Below, piece by piece: positions 27,808-40,534 of a DNA stretch of 64,000 bases. Position numbers and translations under genes: made by a program. The stretch is taken from contig NC_047015.1 of assembly GCF_902652985.1 (NCBI RefSeq), positions 45,756,001-45,820,000 on the forward strand, in the 5' to 3' direction. Origin of the DNA: Pecten maximus. Taxonomy: Eukaryota. Position 1 is the stretch's first letter; the number at the start of each line of letters is the position of its first letter. Below the pieces are notes generated by a model. That model was not told where the DNA came from and did no database searches. It saw only the letters and a program-made list of their open reading frames with translations.

Positions 27808-29712
27808 GATTCTGGGATAAAGACTTATTCTGTAATACAAACTTATTATGGGGTTAAGTCTTATTCTTGGATATAGACTTATTCTGGTATACAGACTTAT
27901 TCTTGGATACAGTCTTAATCTGGGATACAGTCTTATTCTGGGATACAGACTTATTCTTGGATATAGACTTATTCTTGGATACAGACTTATTCTGGGGTAC
28001 AGTCTTATTCTGGGATACTTGTTTATTCTGGGATACAGACTTATTCTTGGGTACAGTCTTATTCTGGGGTACAATTGTACAGTCTTATTCTAGGATACAG
28101 ACTTATTCTTGGATACAGACTTATTCTTGGGTACAGTCTTATTCTGGGATACAGACTTATTCTTGGATACAGACTTATTCTTGGGTACAGTCTTATTCTA
28201 GTATACAGACTTATTCTTGGATACAGACTTATTCTTGGGTACAGTCTTATTCTGGGATACAGACTTATTCTTGGATACAGACTTATTCTTGGGTACAGTC
28301 TTATTCTGGGGTACAGGTTTATTCTGGGATACAGACTTATTCTTGGGTACAGTCTTATTCTGGGGTACAATTGTACAGTCTTATTCTAGGATACAGACTT
28401 ATTCTGGGATACAGGTTTATTCTGGGATACAGACTTATTCTTGGGTACAGTCTTATTCTGGGGTACAATTGTACAGTCTTATTCTAGGATACAGACTTAT
28501 TCTGGGGTACAGTCTTATTCTGGGGTACAATTGTACAGTCTTATTCTAGGATACAGTCTTATTCTGGGATACAGACTTATTCTTGGATACAGACTTATTC
28601 TTGGGTACAGTCTTATTCTGGGATACAGGTTTATTCTGGGATACAGACTTATTCTTGGGTACAGTCTTATTCTGGGGTACAATTGTACAGTCTTATTCTG
28701 GGATACAGACTTATTCTTGGATACAGACTTATTCTTGGGTACAGTCTTATTCTGGGGTACAATTGTACAGTCTTATTCTAGGATACAGACTTATTCTTGG
28801 ATACAGACTTATTCTGGGATACAGGTTTATTCTGGGATACAGACTTATTCTTGGGTACAGTCTTATTCTGGGGTACAATTGTACAGACTTATTCTGGGTT
28901 ACAGTCTTATTCTGGGATACAGACTTATTCTGGGGTACAATTGTACAGTCTTATTCTAGGATACAGTCTTATTCTGGGATACAGACTTATTCTGGGATAC
29001 AGACTTATTCTGGGGTACAGTCTTATTCTGGGATACAGACTTATTCTGGGATAGTCTTATTCTGGGATACAGATTTATTCTGGTATATAGACTTATTCTG
29101 GGATACAGACTTATTCTGGGATACAGTCTTATTCTGGGATACAGTCTTATTCTGGGATACAGATTTATTCTGGTATATAGACTTATTCTGGGATACAGAT
29201 TTATTCTGGGGTACAGTCTTATTCTTGGATACAGTCTTATTCTGGGATACAGATTTATTCTGGGATACAGTCTTATTCTTGGATACAGATTTATTCTGGT
29301 ATATATACTTATTCTGGGATACAGATTTATTCTGGGATACAGACTTATTCTGGGATACAGATTTATTCTTGGATACAGATTTATTCTGGGGTACAGTCTT
29401 ATTCTTGGATACAGACTTATTCTGGGATACAGTCTTATTCTGGGATACAGACTTATTCTGGGATACAGACTTATTCTGGGATACAGTCTTATTCTGGGAT
29501 ACAGATTTATTCTGGTATATAGACTTATTCTGGAATAGAAACTTATTCTGGGATGCAGACTTATTCTTAGATACAGACTTATTCTGTTATGCAGACTAAT
29601 TCTGGGATACTGACTTATTCAGGGATACATGAATTGTTCTTAGAAACAGATTTATTCTGGGATACAAACTTATTCTTAGAAACAGACTTATTCTGGGACA
29701 CTGACCTATTCT
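27808..29712. repeat. 18-bp minisatellite, ~100 copies, with variant patterning
   Basis: Unit TTATTCTGGGATACAGAC/TC with recurring AATTGTAC insertions; 6-aa periodicity in overlapping spurious ORFs. Confidence 0.95.
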
Positions 29713-30129
29713 GAAAAAAAAATATACCAATGACTGGTGAAATCATGTTATATTTCGTGTTGATCAGCGTTTGCAGTTGTATCTTTACGGCACGTAAGTA
29801 ATATAATGCCCCGTATTATTTTGGTTTTGAAAGAAGTTGCATTTCGATCTATCTCGCAATTCATTTGTTTTCATCGTCTGTCTTGCAATTTAATATATTC
29901 ACCTATACTGTCCGCCATTGGCCTACTTTCACCTATTTTCACCTACGTACATCCATTCTTTTTTTCATTCTGACACTTTCATCCTTACCATCTGCTTTGT
30001 TACTTCCTTCCACACCATCCTCGGCCCCAGGCTAAAGTCGCACTGTCTGTTTAAGCGACCGTGGATTTCCACCTGGGGCCGAGGATGCTTTCACACGTAC
30101 GTGCTGTGTTGGCATTTGCGTTATTTCAC

Positions 30130-30520
30130 CCCATTTTAGTGCTATTTACATACTTTCACACACCATTAGTTTTGCTATTTACCTACTTTCACACATCATC
30201 AGTTTTGCTATTTACCTACTTTTACACACCATTAGTTTTGCTATTTACATACTTTCACACACCATCAGTTTTGCTATTTACATACTTTCACACATCATCA
30301 GTTTTGCTATTTACATACTTTCACACACCATCAGTTTTGCTATTTACATACTTTCACACATCATCAGTTTTGCTATTTACCTACTTTCACACACCATTAG
30401 TTTTGCTATTTACCTACTTTCACACGCACCATCAGTTTTGCTATTAACCTATTTTCACACACACCATCAGTTTTGCTATTTTCCTACTTTCACACACATC
30501 ATCAGTTTTGCTATTTGCCA
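30130..30520. repeat. 33-bp minisatellite, ~11 copies
   Basis: Unit CAGTTTTGCTATTTACATACTTTCACACACCAT; 11-aa periodic ORF. Confidence 0.9.
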
Positions 30521-31302
30521 ACATGAACCCATTTCACCTGTTTTGTCATTTACCTACTTAACCGCATACTTTCAAGATGTCAAAGCTTCCAATTTAGAAT
30601 ATTGGAATCTTAAAATATCACTTTAAAGAGTACTTTTGATTTTCAACCCTGAAGCTACATGTATCTGACCGCAATTTATTCTGTATTTACAGAGTTAATA
30701 GCTCCGGCTTAATTGCTATTTAATGATTGAACAATAGAACTAATAGCACAATACTAAACACACTATTATGTCAGCACTTTATTGAAACACCAGAAAATAC
30801 ATGTAAATACATGTAAAGGCGATATCTCTATAGTAAATCATGCTTCATTAACAAGTTAGTTTGGAATACCATTGCCACACAGGAGAGTTCCAGTTATACA
30901 ATGTATCCCATATGACAGTCTCAGTAGTATTTTTGTTTCTTGGTACGATAACCCAGACTCGTTGTTCTAGAGTAAATTGTCTGTCAATATCAGACCTCGT
31001 GTCTTGTCTACCAACCCGACGTAATTTCTGTATAATAACCGACAAGTCGACTTCAAACAACAAACTTCCTGGCACAGGCAAATCGTCAGATAATTTAATA
31101 GCAAGTCCCTGCCTTATTGAAGTTTGATTATGAAAAATATCGTAATATTTTAACAACGAATAGTCTCGGTATGTGAAACAGCATCACTTCTCACAAATGA
31201 CAAATTTTAAGTGTCGCACATAATATGTTAGTGTTTGTATCACGTGACCTGTATTTGTCTGTAGCACGTGATACGCCATTTTTTGTTTTGCGCGCGAACC
31301 TA

Positions 31303-33060
31303 TCATTCCAGGCCAGCTACAACAAGTGGATACATGAAGAAAACAGTAATACCCAACGAGAGGAAGAAAAAGAATATGAAACTGAAACCGTCCAAAGCTC
31401 CGCCCACCATCCTCCACGTTATCCCTCTGATGTCTCGGTCATCCACTGGTGCCTGGATACTGTCCACTTCGGCGTCGCTGTTGTCGTCATCATCGTCGTT
31501 GTCGATCATGTCTGTCACCGCGTTCTTACTTGTCTTCCTTTTGCTGCACCATTTTTTGCATTTCCGGCATGTCATGAAGGCGACAAGATGGCGTACGCCC
31601 TCTGGGGGCGTGGCTTCCTCGTCTTGATGGTAGACCCTCAATATCAGAATAGTTGCTATAGTGATAAGGGAACTAACCATTAGCATAAGGGTCAAGAAGT
31701 AACACAACAGTGACATTGGTTCAGAGGCTTTGGGCAAGTTTTCGGCCACCATCGTCAAAAACACTGCAAATGTTAAGAACGCCGTGATGGCGTAACCCAC
31801 GCGTTCACCACAGTCAGCCGGAAGTAGAAACACTAGACCATTGAGAAGTCCAATGATGAGGATTGGTATAATCATATTGACGAGAAAATAGCCCGGTTTA
31901 CGGGCCAGATTTAAGGTAAAGACAACATACGAGACATCGGCTATAACGGTACTCATCACCGAGGTTGTCTCCAACGACCACTCCACATTCTCCATGTAAA
32001 GGGACATGTCGATCTCGTTTGACGAATTCAAGACGATCTGAAAAAATGAATAAATAAAAGGATTTTTATTTAAAGAACAAAGAAGGATATACATGTACAG
32101 TTCAATACATTTATCTATATTACAAATAAGTGATATATTTAGTTTTTTTAACCACTTATAAGGTTATATTTATTGAGGTACGTGAACTATTATTCACTTA
32201 TTTAGTTATTCTGATTGGGGTGCGTGAAATATTATTAACTTATTTGGTAATTCTGATTTGGGTGCGTGAAATATTATTAACTTATGTGGTAATTCTGATA
32301 TTGGTGCGTGAAATATTATTAACTTATTTGGCAATTCTGATATTGGTGCGTAAAATATTATTAACTTATTTGGTAATTCTGATTGAGGGCGTGAAACATT
32401 ATTCAATTATTTGGTCATTCTGATTGGGATGCGCGAGATATTTATCATTTTGGCCATGTATTGATTGAGGTGCGTGAGATATCTATCAATGGCCGTATCA
32501 CTCACCTGATCTTCCGTGTAGCCCAGTGCAGCAAATGTGATGTTGCATGACTGTCTGTCGAAAGGATAGAGTGTGACGTCAACGCCACAAGCCGTTCGGG
32601 CGACTAAGCCGACGTTCCATAGGACATTGCCTTCGTAGTCGGTCCGAATCTTGTATGTGGAGTCCCCGAGTTCCGCCAGTGAATCAACAGAATTTGTGAG
32701 AGTAACCGGAGGTTTCCAAAAGGTTTCCTGTGGAAGCAGAATGCTCTCCATGGGGTTGTCATCTACAAGATTCCACGTAAGGAGTTCATTTTTCCATCGG
32801 ATTACACCGAGACCGACTATTTCTAAGTTTCCATTCAACTCATCAAAATCGGTTACTCCAACCAAAGTAAACTCAATGTCAACGTCCAAGTGCTCTATTT
32901 GAAAGATCTTCGGGAAAATTTTGTTATTGTAACTTCTGAATGGTTCATTGTCCAGAAATTCTTTGAAATTCGTACTTGTAGCACACAAAACACTTTCAAA
33001 ATTCCAAAAACTAAGGCAGAATAGGACTACAATTCCATAGAGGCGAAAAAGGCTCGCCAT
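31303..33060 (-). CDS. Cys-loop LGIC / nAChR-like non-alpha subunit (gene 3); two exons, 33060-32506 and 32037-31303; 429 aa
   Basis: Exon 1: MASLFRLYGIVVLFCLSF signal, Cys-loop CGVDVTLYPFDRQSC, ends GYTEDQ at donor CAG|GTGAGT. Acceptor TTTTTTCAG|ATC; exon 2 encodes IVLNSSNEIDM...M1-M4 with M2 CGERVGYAITAFLTF. Phase-0 intron 32038-32505. Confidence 0.93.
32160..32480. repeat. 42-bp minisatellite inside the gene 3 intron, ~7 copies
   Basis: Unit ATTCTGATTGGGGTGCGTGAAATATTATTAACTTATTTGGTA. Confidence 0.85.
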
Positions 33061-33199
33061 TTTGAATTCCCTACCCAAACGTCATAACATGTATGGGTAT
33101 TTGAAGATACTTTACATTAAACAAAACAATCATCGAATCAAATACACTGGCTATATGAACATACATGTGGGTGATTCAACTTTGAACAAGTATCACGAA

Positions 33200-33215
33200 A
33201 CTGCGCATGCGCAGT
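33200..33215. promoter_or_regulatory. Perfect NRF1-type palindrome ACTGCGCATGCGCAGT upstream of gene 3
   Basis: 16-bp palindrome containing TGCGCATGCGCA, 140 bp upstream of the ATG at 33060. Confidence 0.45.
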
Positions 33216-33634
33216 ATTGCTTTGATTTGGTAAAGAATATGTGATCATATGACGGTGTTATCATTAATGACAGTCAGTTGGTCCATGATACGTATCTAAA
33301 AACAAAGACAAACGTGATACGAATAAGTACACCCGTCTTACAATGGCACTACCGGACTGCTAAAGCACTGTCAGCTTAACAATCTAAACCTAATGTTCTG
33401 TATTATCCCTAAGTTTTCAAAATGGCCGTGACAATGTATACGCCATGAGTATGTTAAAGGTACAATGTGTAGAGTCACTTATTTAACTTCTCACGCTGAA
33501 ACGATTATAATTCTAACGTTAGACTACACGACTCGTTAAGTTAACAGTGCTACAGACAACTGGAACCCGGATTTATAAATTACACAAACATGTGTGTAAC
33601 GCTTCAACGCCAACGCTCGGAATTATCTATTCTC

Positions 33635-34261
33635 TTCTAGCTGTCTCTCTAGATGTCTCTTGTAGTTGTCTTTTCTAGCTGTCTCTCTAGATGTCTCTTG
33701 TAGTTGTCTTTTCTAGCTGTCTCTCTAGATGTCTCTTGTACTTGTCTTTTCTAGCTGTCTCTCTAGATGTCTCTTGTACTTGTCTTTTCTATCTGTCTCT
33801 CTAGATGTCTCTTGTAGTTGTCTTTTCTAGCTGTCTCTCTAGATGTCTCTTGTACTTGTCTTTTCTAGCTGTCTCTCTAGATGTCTCTTGTACTTGTCTT
33901 TTCTAGCTGTCTTTCTAGATGTCTCTTGTACTTGTCTTTTCTAGCTGTCTCTCTAGATGTCTCTTGTAGTTGTCTTTTCTAGCTGTCTCTCCAGATGTCT
34001 CTTGTAGTTGTCTTTTCTAGCTGTCTCTCTAGATGTCTCTTGTTCTTGTCTTTTCTAGCTGTCTCTCCAGATGTCTCTTGTAGTTGTCTTTTCTAGCTGT
34101 CTCTCTAGATGTCTCTTGTTCTTGTCTTTTCTAGCTGTCTCTCTAGATGTCTCTTGTAGTTGTCTTTTCTAGCTGTCTCTCTAGATGTCTCTTGTAGTTG
34201 TCTTTTCTAGCTGTCTCTCTAGATGTCTCTTGTACTTGTCTTTTCTAGCTGTCTCTCTAGA
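33635..34261. repeat. 38-bp minisatellite, ~16 copies
   Basis: Unit TCTAGCTGTCTCTCTAGATGTCTCTTGTAGTTGTCTTT. Confidence 0.95.
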
Positions 34262-34791
34262 TAGTCTTTTGAAGAAATGGTCGACAAATGTGGATATGCA
34301 TAATTATTTTAATAACAGGGAGGGAATATGTATCTTTATTCAGTGTATGTATGTGTGATGGGCAAAACAATATTGGCTTCTTTATTTCGGAAATGATGCC
34401 TTTGTATTTTTTCACAATTAAATCGGTCATTATAGCAATAGAAAAAAAAACATTTTACAAAGTAACTTTAATGCGTTTGAAGGAACGTGACGTCGCAGGA
34501 TTATTTTTTTTTATATTGTTTTGTTTTTAAACTTGTTACCGCATATTCATCGCCAGATGATATCAAAATTATAATAATCAAGTGTATTAGATATATTTAA
34601 CATGCAAAATTCCCAAAAACAATTCAACGTATTTCACAGAAAAGAGAAGTAAAAATATTCCCTGAGTTCTCAACATTGGCAGACATGATTCATTGAAATA
34701 AACGATTGTATCAATAGACATGTGAAATAATAATTGGAATTAATGTTAAATATTATTTTTATTTTTTATCTGACTATATGTAATTTTACTA

Positions 34792-34923
34792 AGCGGGCTG
34801 AAGTTAGCAGCGGATTCGTTATTCGTTATTGGGGATTCGAATAACGAATCCGCTGCCGGGAGCGGATTTGAGATTCGAATCCCCAATAACGAATAACGAA
34901 TCCGCTGCTAACTTCAGCCCGCT
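34792..34923. mobile_element. 132-bp palindromic MITE with 51-bp perfect terminal inverted repeats
   Basis: 34792-34842 is the exact reverse complement of 34873-34923. Flanked by ATTTTACTA / ATTTTACTT (8-9 bp target-site duplication). Confidence 0.85.
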
Positions 34924-36467
34924 ATTTTACTTATACAATTGTATTAGTAGTAACGACGGCTTCAACGATAAATGTACCGTCAGGTATTGCGTAACTTTAG
35001 CTTTTAACGGGAGGGGGCGCTTCTTACGCCACTGTAATATTGAAGTGTGATATTCGTATGTTATGAAGATATCAGGAAATGGAGCGTACTCTAAATAAAA
35101 CGCTATTACTCAATAATGATTCGGCACCAACCCCTCTTCCTCGAAGTGGGATTGACTCTCGACTGATACAATATTAAATTCCTTCCATCCGAGTTTAATC
35201 AAATCACTTTTATTCAAACAGAATGTAAGATTTTCAAATAAGTAAAGTATTTCTTTAATTGAATTTCCATCATCCATGATACTTCCTTTATTTGGAAAAA
35301 AAGAAGAAGTTATATATAGCTGCGGGTGTTTCTGGCTAGGCGATTTGGTTCCGTAGATCGTGAGTTCGAGGCCCGGTCAGGGTACGAATCATCAAGCTGT
35401 ATCCCTTCGTCATTTGCGTTACTATGCATATATGTAGGTTTACTGCTATTTTCAATATCGTTTTACTATGGTGGTTAATATCAGCAATGTCGCACTGTCG
35501 CATTGGCGCCTCGCCATGCGATGAGCGAGAGAGCGTCATGCGCTGAGCGACAGTGCGCCAAGCGACAAAATGAACGCACCAGTGTGAAATCATAAATTAG
35601 AGATATTCCAGATAAACTTCCAAAAAATCCAAAAATTAAAACAAACATAGAAATAATAGACATCTTTCACAATAGAAAATCGAATATTGCTAGATTTCGC
35701 CCTCTTTCTTCGGGCATTTGATTTCGGGTAAGCGTTGGAATACTTGAACTTACACTATTGAGAAAATTGTACCATTTTTTTGTGAAAAAATAAACAGAGG
35801 TTGTAATTTGCGAACTTACACTGATAAACACTCGATTTTGTGCTGTTTTGATCGGAGATAGCCGGGTAACCACGTGACTTCTCGAAACCTCGTTTCAACC
35901 GACTGAAAATGGATGGAGCTGGGAAAGTGTAAGCATTTGTCAGATGGGGTCCACGTGCACCAGTTGTCTTGATCATAGCTTCATAATTATAAAAGGAGAC
36001 ACATTTTTGGTAATGAATTTATTATCAGCTTATATAGTAAAAGAAAAACATATACGTTTGTGATAAGTTTTAAATTCCTTAATTACTTTTAAAAGCTGTA
36101 CAATTTCTTATAGGTCATATGATGAAAATCGAACCATTAAATCCCTTTAAACAACAACAATTTATTGAGTTCGGCCATATTTCACATTACATTTTATGAT
36201 TGATAAAACATCTGTCACATTCTAAAACTGTAATCTTTATCATGATTTCCTTTACGCGAGGAAATAATCCTTTGTTAAGAACCCACTTTCTGTTCATTGT
36301 CATTTTAGCAATCGTTCCTAAACGAATAAAAAGAGACACACTTTGATAGATTGAAAGTGTCCATTCTTTCCCTACTACACACTGTCGCATCTGACCTCCA
36401 AATATATAAAACATATACTCGTCTGTTTCCGTAGAGATCGAACTCGTCCGTTTCCGTGGAAGTCGAG

Positions 36468-38455
36468 CTACTCGTCTGTTTCCGTGGAGGTCGCCGCTAA
36501 GGCCAGGGGGATCAGGAATACACACGATATAACGACAGTACCAAAAACAAACAATGAGAAGAAAAACCCGTCCAGTGTACCACCGACCACCCTCCACGAG
36601 ATACCTTTGATGTCGGCATTGTTTGGTTTGGGTTTCTTCGCCTCTGTCTTCCGTTTTCCTTCTTCGTCAGAGTCCTCGTCTTCGGCAGAGTCCTCATCTG
36701 ATGACGATTCTTCCTCCTCGACCTCCTGGCCAGGTTTTGGTTCTTCGATGGCCTCCAGTTTTTGTCCACACCACTTCTTGCACTTTCTACAAGTAATGAA
36801 GGCCACTACGTGTTTGAGCCACATGGGTACCGGGCTGTCGTCATCTTGGTGATAAACTCGGAGTGTCATAATCGTGATCACAGTCGATAAAGCGCTCATG
36901 ATCAACATCAACGTCAGAAAGAAGCATAGTAGAGACATTGGCTCTGACGATTTCGGAAGGTTGTCAGATACCATGGTCAAAAATACAGCAAATGTGAGAA
37001 ATGCTGTGATGGCGTACCCGACGCGTTCACCTGAGTCAGCCGGAAGTAGAAACACGAGACCGTTGAGCATGCCGAGAATAAGGATTGGGATAATCATGTT
37101 GACAAGGAAATAGCCGGGTTTCCTGGCTAGATTGATGGTGAAGTCGAGGTAGGAGGCAGATGCAGAAGAAAGTGCCTCCACGGAGGTACCGGTCAGAGTC
37201 CATTCAACGTTAGGCATGAAAAGAGCTGTGTCCATCTCGGAGCTGGTAGTATTAAGCCGAACCTGAAAGAGTAGATAAATTGATGGTGTTTAGTCTCACC
37301 TGTGAGTGTAAACTACCCAAATAAATACCCAGAGTTGATGGTGTTAAGTCCCACCTTTGACAGTAAACTACCCAAATTAGTACCATGAGTTGACGGAGTT
37401 TTGTCACATCTGTGACAATAAACTACCCAAATTAGTACCATGAGTGGATGGAGTTTTGTCACACCTGTAACAATAAACTACCCGTGTTGATGATATAAGC
37501 CAAATATGAAACAGTAAATAATCTAAAAGTAAGAGACGCCAGCTTCAGAGGATATCACAGACCAGATATTGACAAAGAGAGGATATATTACATACCGGAA
37601 GTGGTCACAACGAGGATATTGCAGACTAGATGTGGTGGCTGAGAGTATATTACAGACCGGATGTGGACACAGCGCGGATTCTTAAGACCGGATGTGGACT
37701 AAGAGAGGATATGATAGACTGGATGAGGACAGAGACAGGCTGTTACGGACCGAATGCTGACATAGAGAGAATATCACAGACCGGATGTGGACACAAATAG
37801 GTTCTTACAGGCCGAATGTGGAAAAGGATATCACCGACCGGATTAGATATATGCATTCAATATGGAATAGTATCAAGCTATAAAACAGACATATGTATGA
37901 GTTTACCTGTGTGTCGGTGTATCCCCACGGCGTAAAGGAAATCTTGCAGGATTGTTTATCGAAAGGATAATAGGACACGTCCACGGAACACGCCGACTTG
38001 GAAACAACGCCAATTTGCCATTCACAAACGCCATCTTTGTTTATCCGGATGTTGTAGGAATTGTCGCCCATTTCTGTGAGGGACTCTACAGAGTTGGCAA
38101 GGACCAAGGATGGTCTCCAGAAATTGTTTTGCCCCATTATCACCTCTTGCATTGCGTTGATGGAGCTGTTCCACATTATGAGTTCATTGGTCCATGTTAA
38201 CACTGTATACCCCACGAGATCGAGGTAGCCGTTCAGTTCATTTAATTGTGTTATGGCTACCAGGTAAAACTGAACATCTACTTCAACTTTTTCTGTTTGT
38301 GAATTCCGTGGAAAAATCTTCAGATTGTATGTACTAAACGGGGGATTGTCTATCCACGACCGAAAATGTGCTGCTGTTTGAGCATGAGTTATATCCACAC
38401 TCCACAGGAGAGCCAGAAGGACAATTGTACACGAAGACAGTCTCAGCGAACCCAT
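36468..38455 (-). CDS. Cys-loop LGIC / nAChR-like non-alpha subunit (gene 4); two exons, 38455-37907 and 37262-36468; 447 aa
   Basis: Exon 1: MGSLRLSSCTIVLLALLWSV signal, Cys-loop CSVDVSYYPFDKQSC, ends GYTDTQ at CAG|GTAAAC. Acceptor CTTTCAG|GTT; exon 2 VRLNTTSSEMD...M1-M4 with M2 SGERVGYAITAFLTF. Phase-0 intron 37263-37906. Confidence 0.93.
37280..37830. repeat. Two degenerate tandem repeats inside the gene 4 intron
   Basis: Recurring AAACTACCC...GAGTTGATGG blocks (~37280-37490) and ACAGACCGGATGTGGAC blocks (~37590-37830). Confidence 0.6.
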
Positions 38456-38771
38456 GATATTGCAAGAAGTTTAAAAACTTTAAAAATACTTGCAAGTGTC
38501 CATTTTTGTTATGTATCGTCTTTAAAACATGGCGTGGATTATATGGTATATAATACACAGTTAAGCAATTGTTATACAGCCGCGAGGAGTAGCCCCACTC
38601 TGTCATAGGAAACCAACAGTGCGTGTAGCGCCAGCCTTTAATTCAGCATGCGCACTGCCGAGTTTATTGTTTTAATTGTAGATAATTAAAACCGCATACA
38701 TATAATACATTTTACATACACCGTAATCCCGGTAAATCGGGTGTACTAATTGAATCTATAAAATATACAAA

Positions 38772-39165
38772 GTGTAAGTCCGGTAAATATTGTTTACCTT
38801 GATATACATTATCTGTGTAAGTCCGGTAAATATTGTGTACCTTGATATACATTATCTGTGTAAGTCCGGTAAATATTGTTTACCTTGATATACATTATCC
38901 GTGTTAGTCCGGTAGATAGTGTGTACCTTGATATACATTATCTGTGTAAGTCCGGTAAATATTGTTTACCTTGATATACATTATCCGTGTTAGTCCGGTA
39001 GATAGTGTGTACCTTGATATACATTATCCGTGCTAGTCCGGTAGATAGTGTGTACCTTGATATACATTATCCGTGTTAGTCCGGTAGATAGTGTGTACCT
39101 TGATATACATTATCCGTGTTAGTCCGGTAGATAGTGTGTACCTTGATATACATTATCTGTGTTTC
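38772..39165. repeat. 43-bp minisatellite, ~9 copies
   Basis: Unit GTGTAAGTCCGGTAAATATTGTTTACCTTGATATACATTATCT; GTCCGGTA at 38778 and 38821. Confidence 0.92.
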
Positions 39166-39232
39166 TCCGTTAAATAGTTTATACTTTAACATAGTTTATC
39201 CGGCACACACTAATGTAGGTATATGATAAGAA

Positions 39233-40534
39233 TTAATTTGTGATTTGCTGCACTTTGATGTAAAATACCAGTGAAACACAGATATAAATTATCCAGTATG
39301 CAATGAAAAATATCTTGTCCAGCGCCTTCCCTATCATTTTCCAATCAACACTATTTTTGGGTTTGTGATCGACTCCGAATTCAGCCGGGATTTTTTCCAA
39401 AGCAGTGCTATTTTTACCACACGAGGTTGCTCCAATATCTACAGGTTTTCTATTTGTTATAGCGCCCTCTACATCGTCCTTTTGGCTAGGGAAGCAGCAA
39501 TGTTCGGTCCTATTACAAGATGTACTTTTCATCATTGTCCGTAAATACTTTGGTACCGGCAAATACGTTTCGGCGAAATGGAATCTTAGGCTGAACACTG
39601 TCACAAACGCAATTGTGGAACTAAGAAGTAACATTATGAGCATATAGTAGGAAAGGAGAGGCATCGGAAACGAAGCTTTTGGTAAACTGGCACTCATCAA
39701 GCTGAGGAAAACTGCAAAGGTGAGAAAGGCAGCAATGGAGTAACCAACACGCTCTCCAGTCTCCGCGGGTAACAGAAACACAAGCGTGTTCAGAATCGCC
39801 AAAAGAAAAATAGGTAGCGCCATATTTATCATGAAAAATGTCGGTTTCCGTGCGAGAGTTACTTTATAAGACAAGAAGGCTTGCCTTTTGACTACTTTCA
39901 TGCTGACTTCGGCATCAGTGATGTTCCATTCTTCATTACGAGCGAATTCATCTGTTCGAACACCTGATTCATGAACCTTGAAAGCTATTTCAGTATTGGT
40001 GTATCCCCGTGGAGTGAAGATCAGTGTACATATCTGAACATCAAATGGGTAGTTTGTAGCGTCTACGGAACACCCAGTCTTACTCACTATTCCGAACGTC
40101 CATTCCACGTCACCGGAAGTCATATTGATACGAAGATTGTGTGCAGAATTACCCAATGTTGACGCAGTATTATCCACGGAATTGAAAATGGAAATTGTTG
40201 GAATCCAGATGAATTCAGATGGGAGAGAAAGATCTTCGAACGTGTGATAAGATTTGTTTATTGTAGCTGTCACAAGCTCGTCATTCCAATCCATTCGAAT
40301 GTTACCAACCATGTTCAGATGACCGGTAATCTCGTCAAATCGTGTAATGGCGGCTATACTGAAGGACAGGGCGACCTCTACCGGACGAGACTGGTTATGA
40401 CGGGGGAATACCTTATTGCTGTACGGGCACGAGGAACAAAATGTCTGATTTATAAAGTCCAGGACGATGTCTGTTGTCTGTCCGTGACTCGGACGAATAG
40501 ACAGATATACAAGCGGAAGTATATACATATACAT
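39233..40534 (-). CDS. Cys-loop LGIC / nAChR-like non-alpha subunit (gene 5); intronless; 433 aa
   Basis: Signal peptide, YSNKVFPR, WIPTISIFN, Cys-loop CSVDATNYPFDVQIC, M2 TGERVGYSIAAFLTF, WKMIGKALDKIFF. Confidence 0.95.
   Translation of the reverse strand: MYMYILPLVYLSIRPSHGQTTDIVLDFINQTFCSSCPYSNKVFPRHNQSRPVEVALSFSIAAITRFDEITGHLNMVGNIRMDWNDELVTATINKSYHTFEDLSLPSEFIWIPTISIFNSVDNTASTLGNSAHNLRINMTSGDVEWTFGIVSKTGCSVDATNYPFDVQICTLIFTPRGYTNTEIAFKVHESGVRTDEFARNEEWNITDAEVSMKVVKRQAFLSYKVTLARKPTFFMINMALPIFLLAILNTLVFLLPAETGERVGYSIAAFLTFAVFLSLMSASLPKASFPMPLLSYYMLIMLLLSSTIAFVTVFSLRFHFAETYLPVPKYLRTMMKSTSCNRTEHCCFPSQKDDVEGAITNRKPVDIGATSCGKNSTALEKIPAEFGVDHKPKNSVDWKMIGKALDKIFFIAYWIIYICVSLVFYIKVQQITN

Noticed and set aside
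27625-29599. Long repetitive ORFs (up to 338 aa) on both strands
   Set aside because: Translation artefacts of the 18-bp minisatellite. The same applies to ORFs at 3225, 16885, 30061, 32130, 48175 and 52185.
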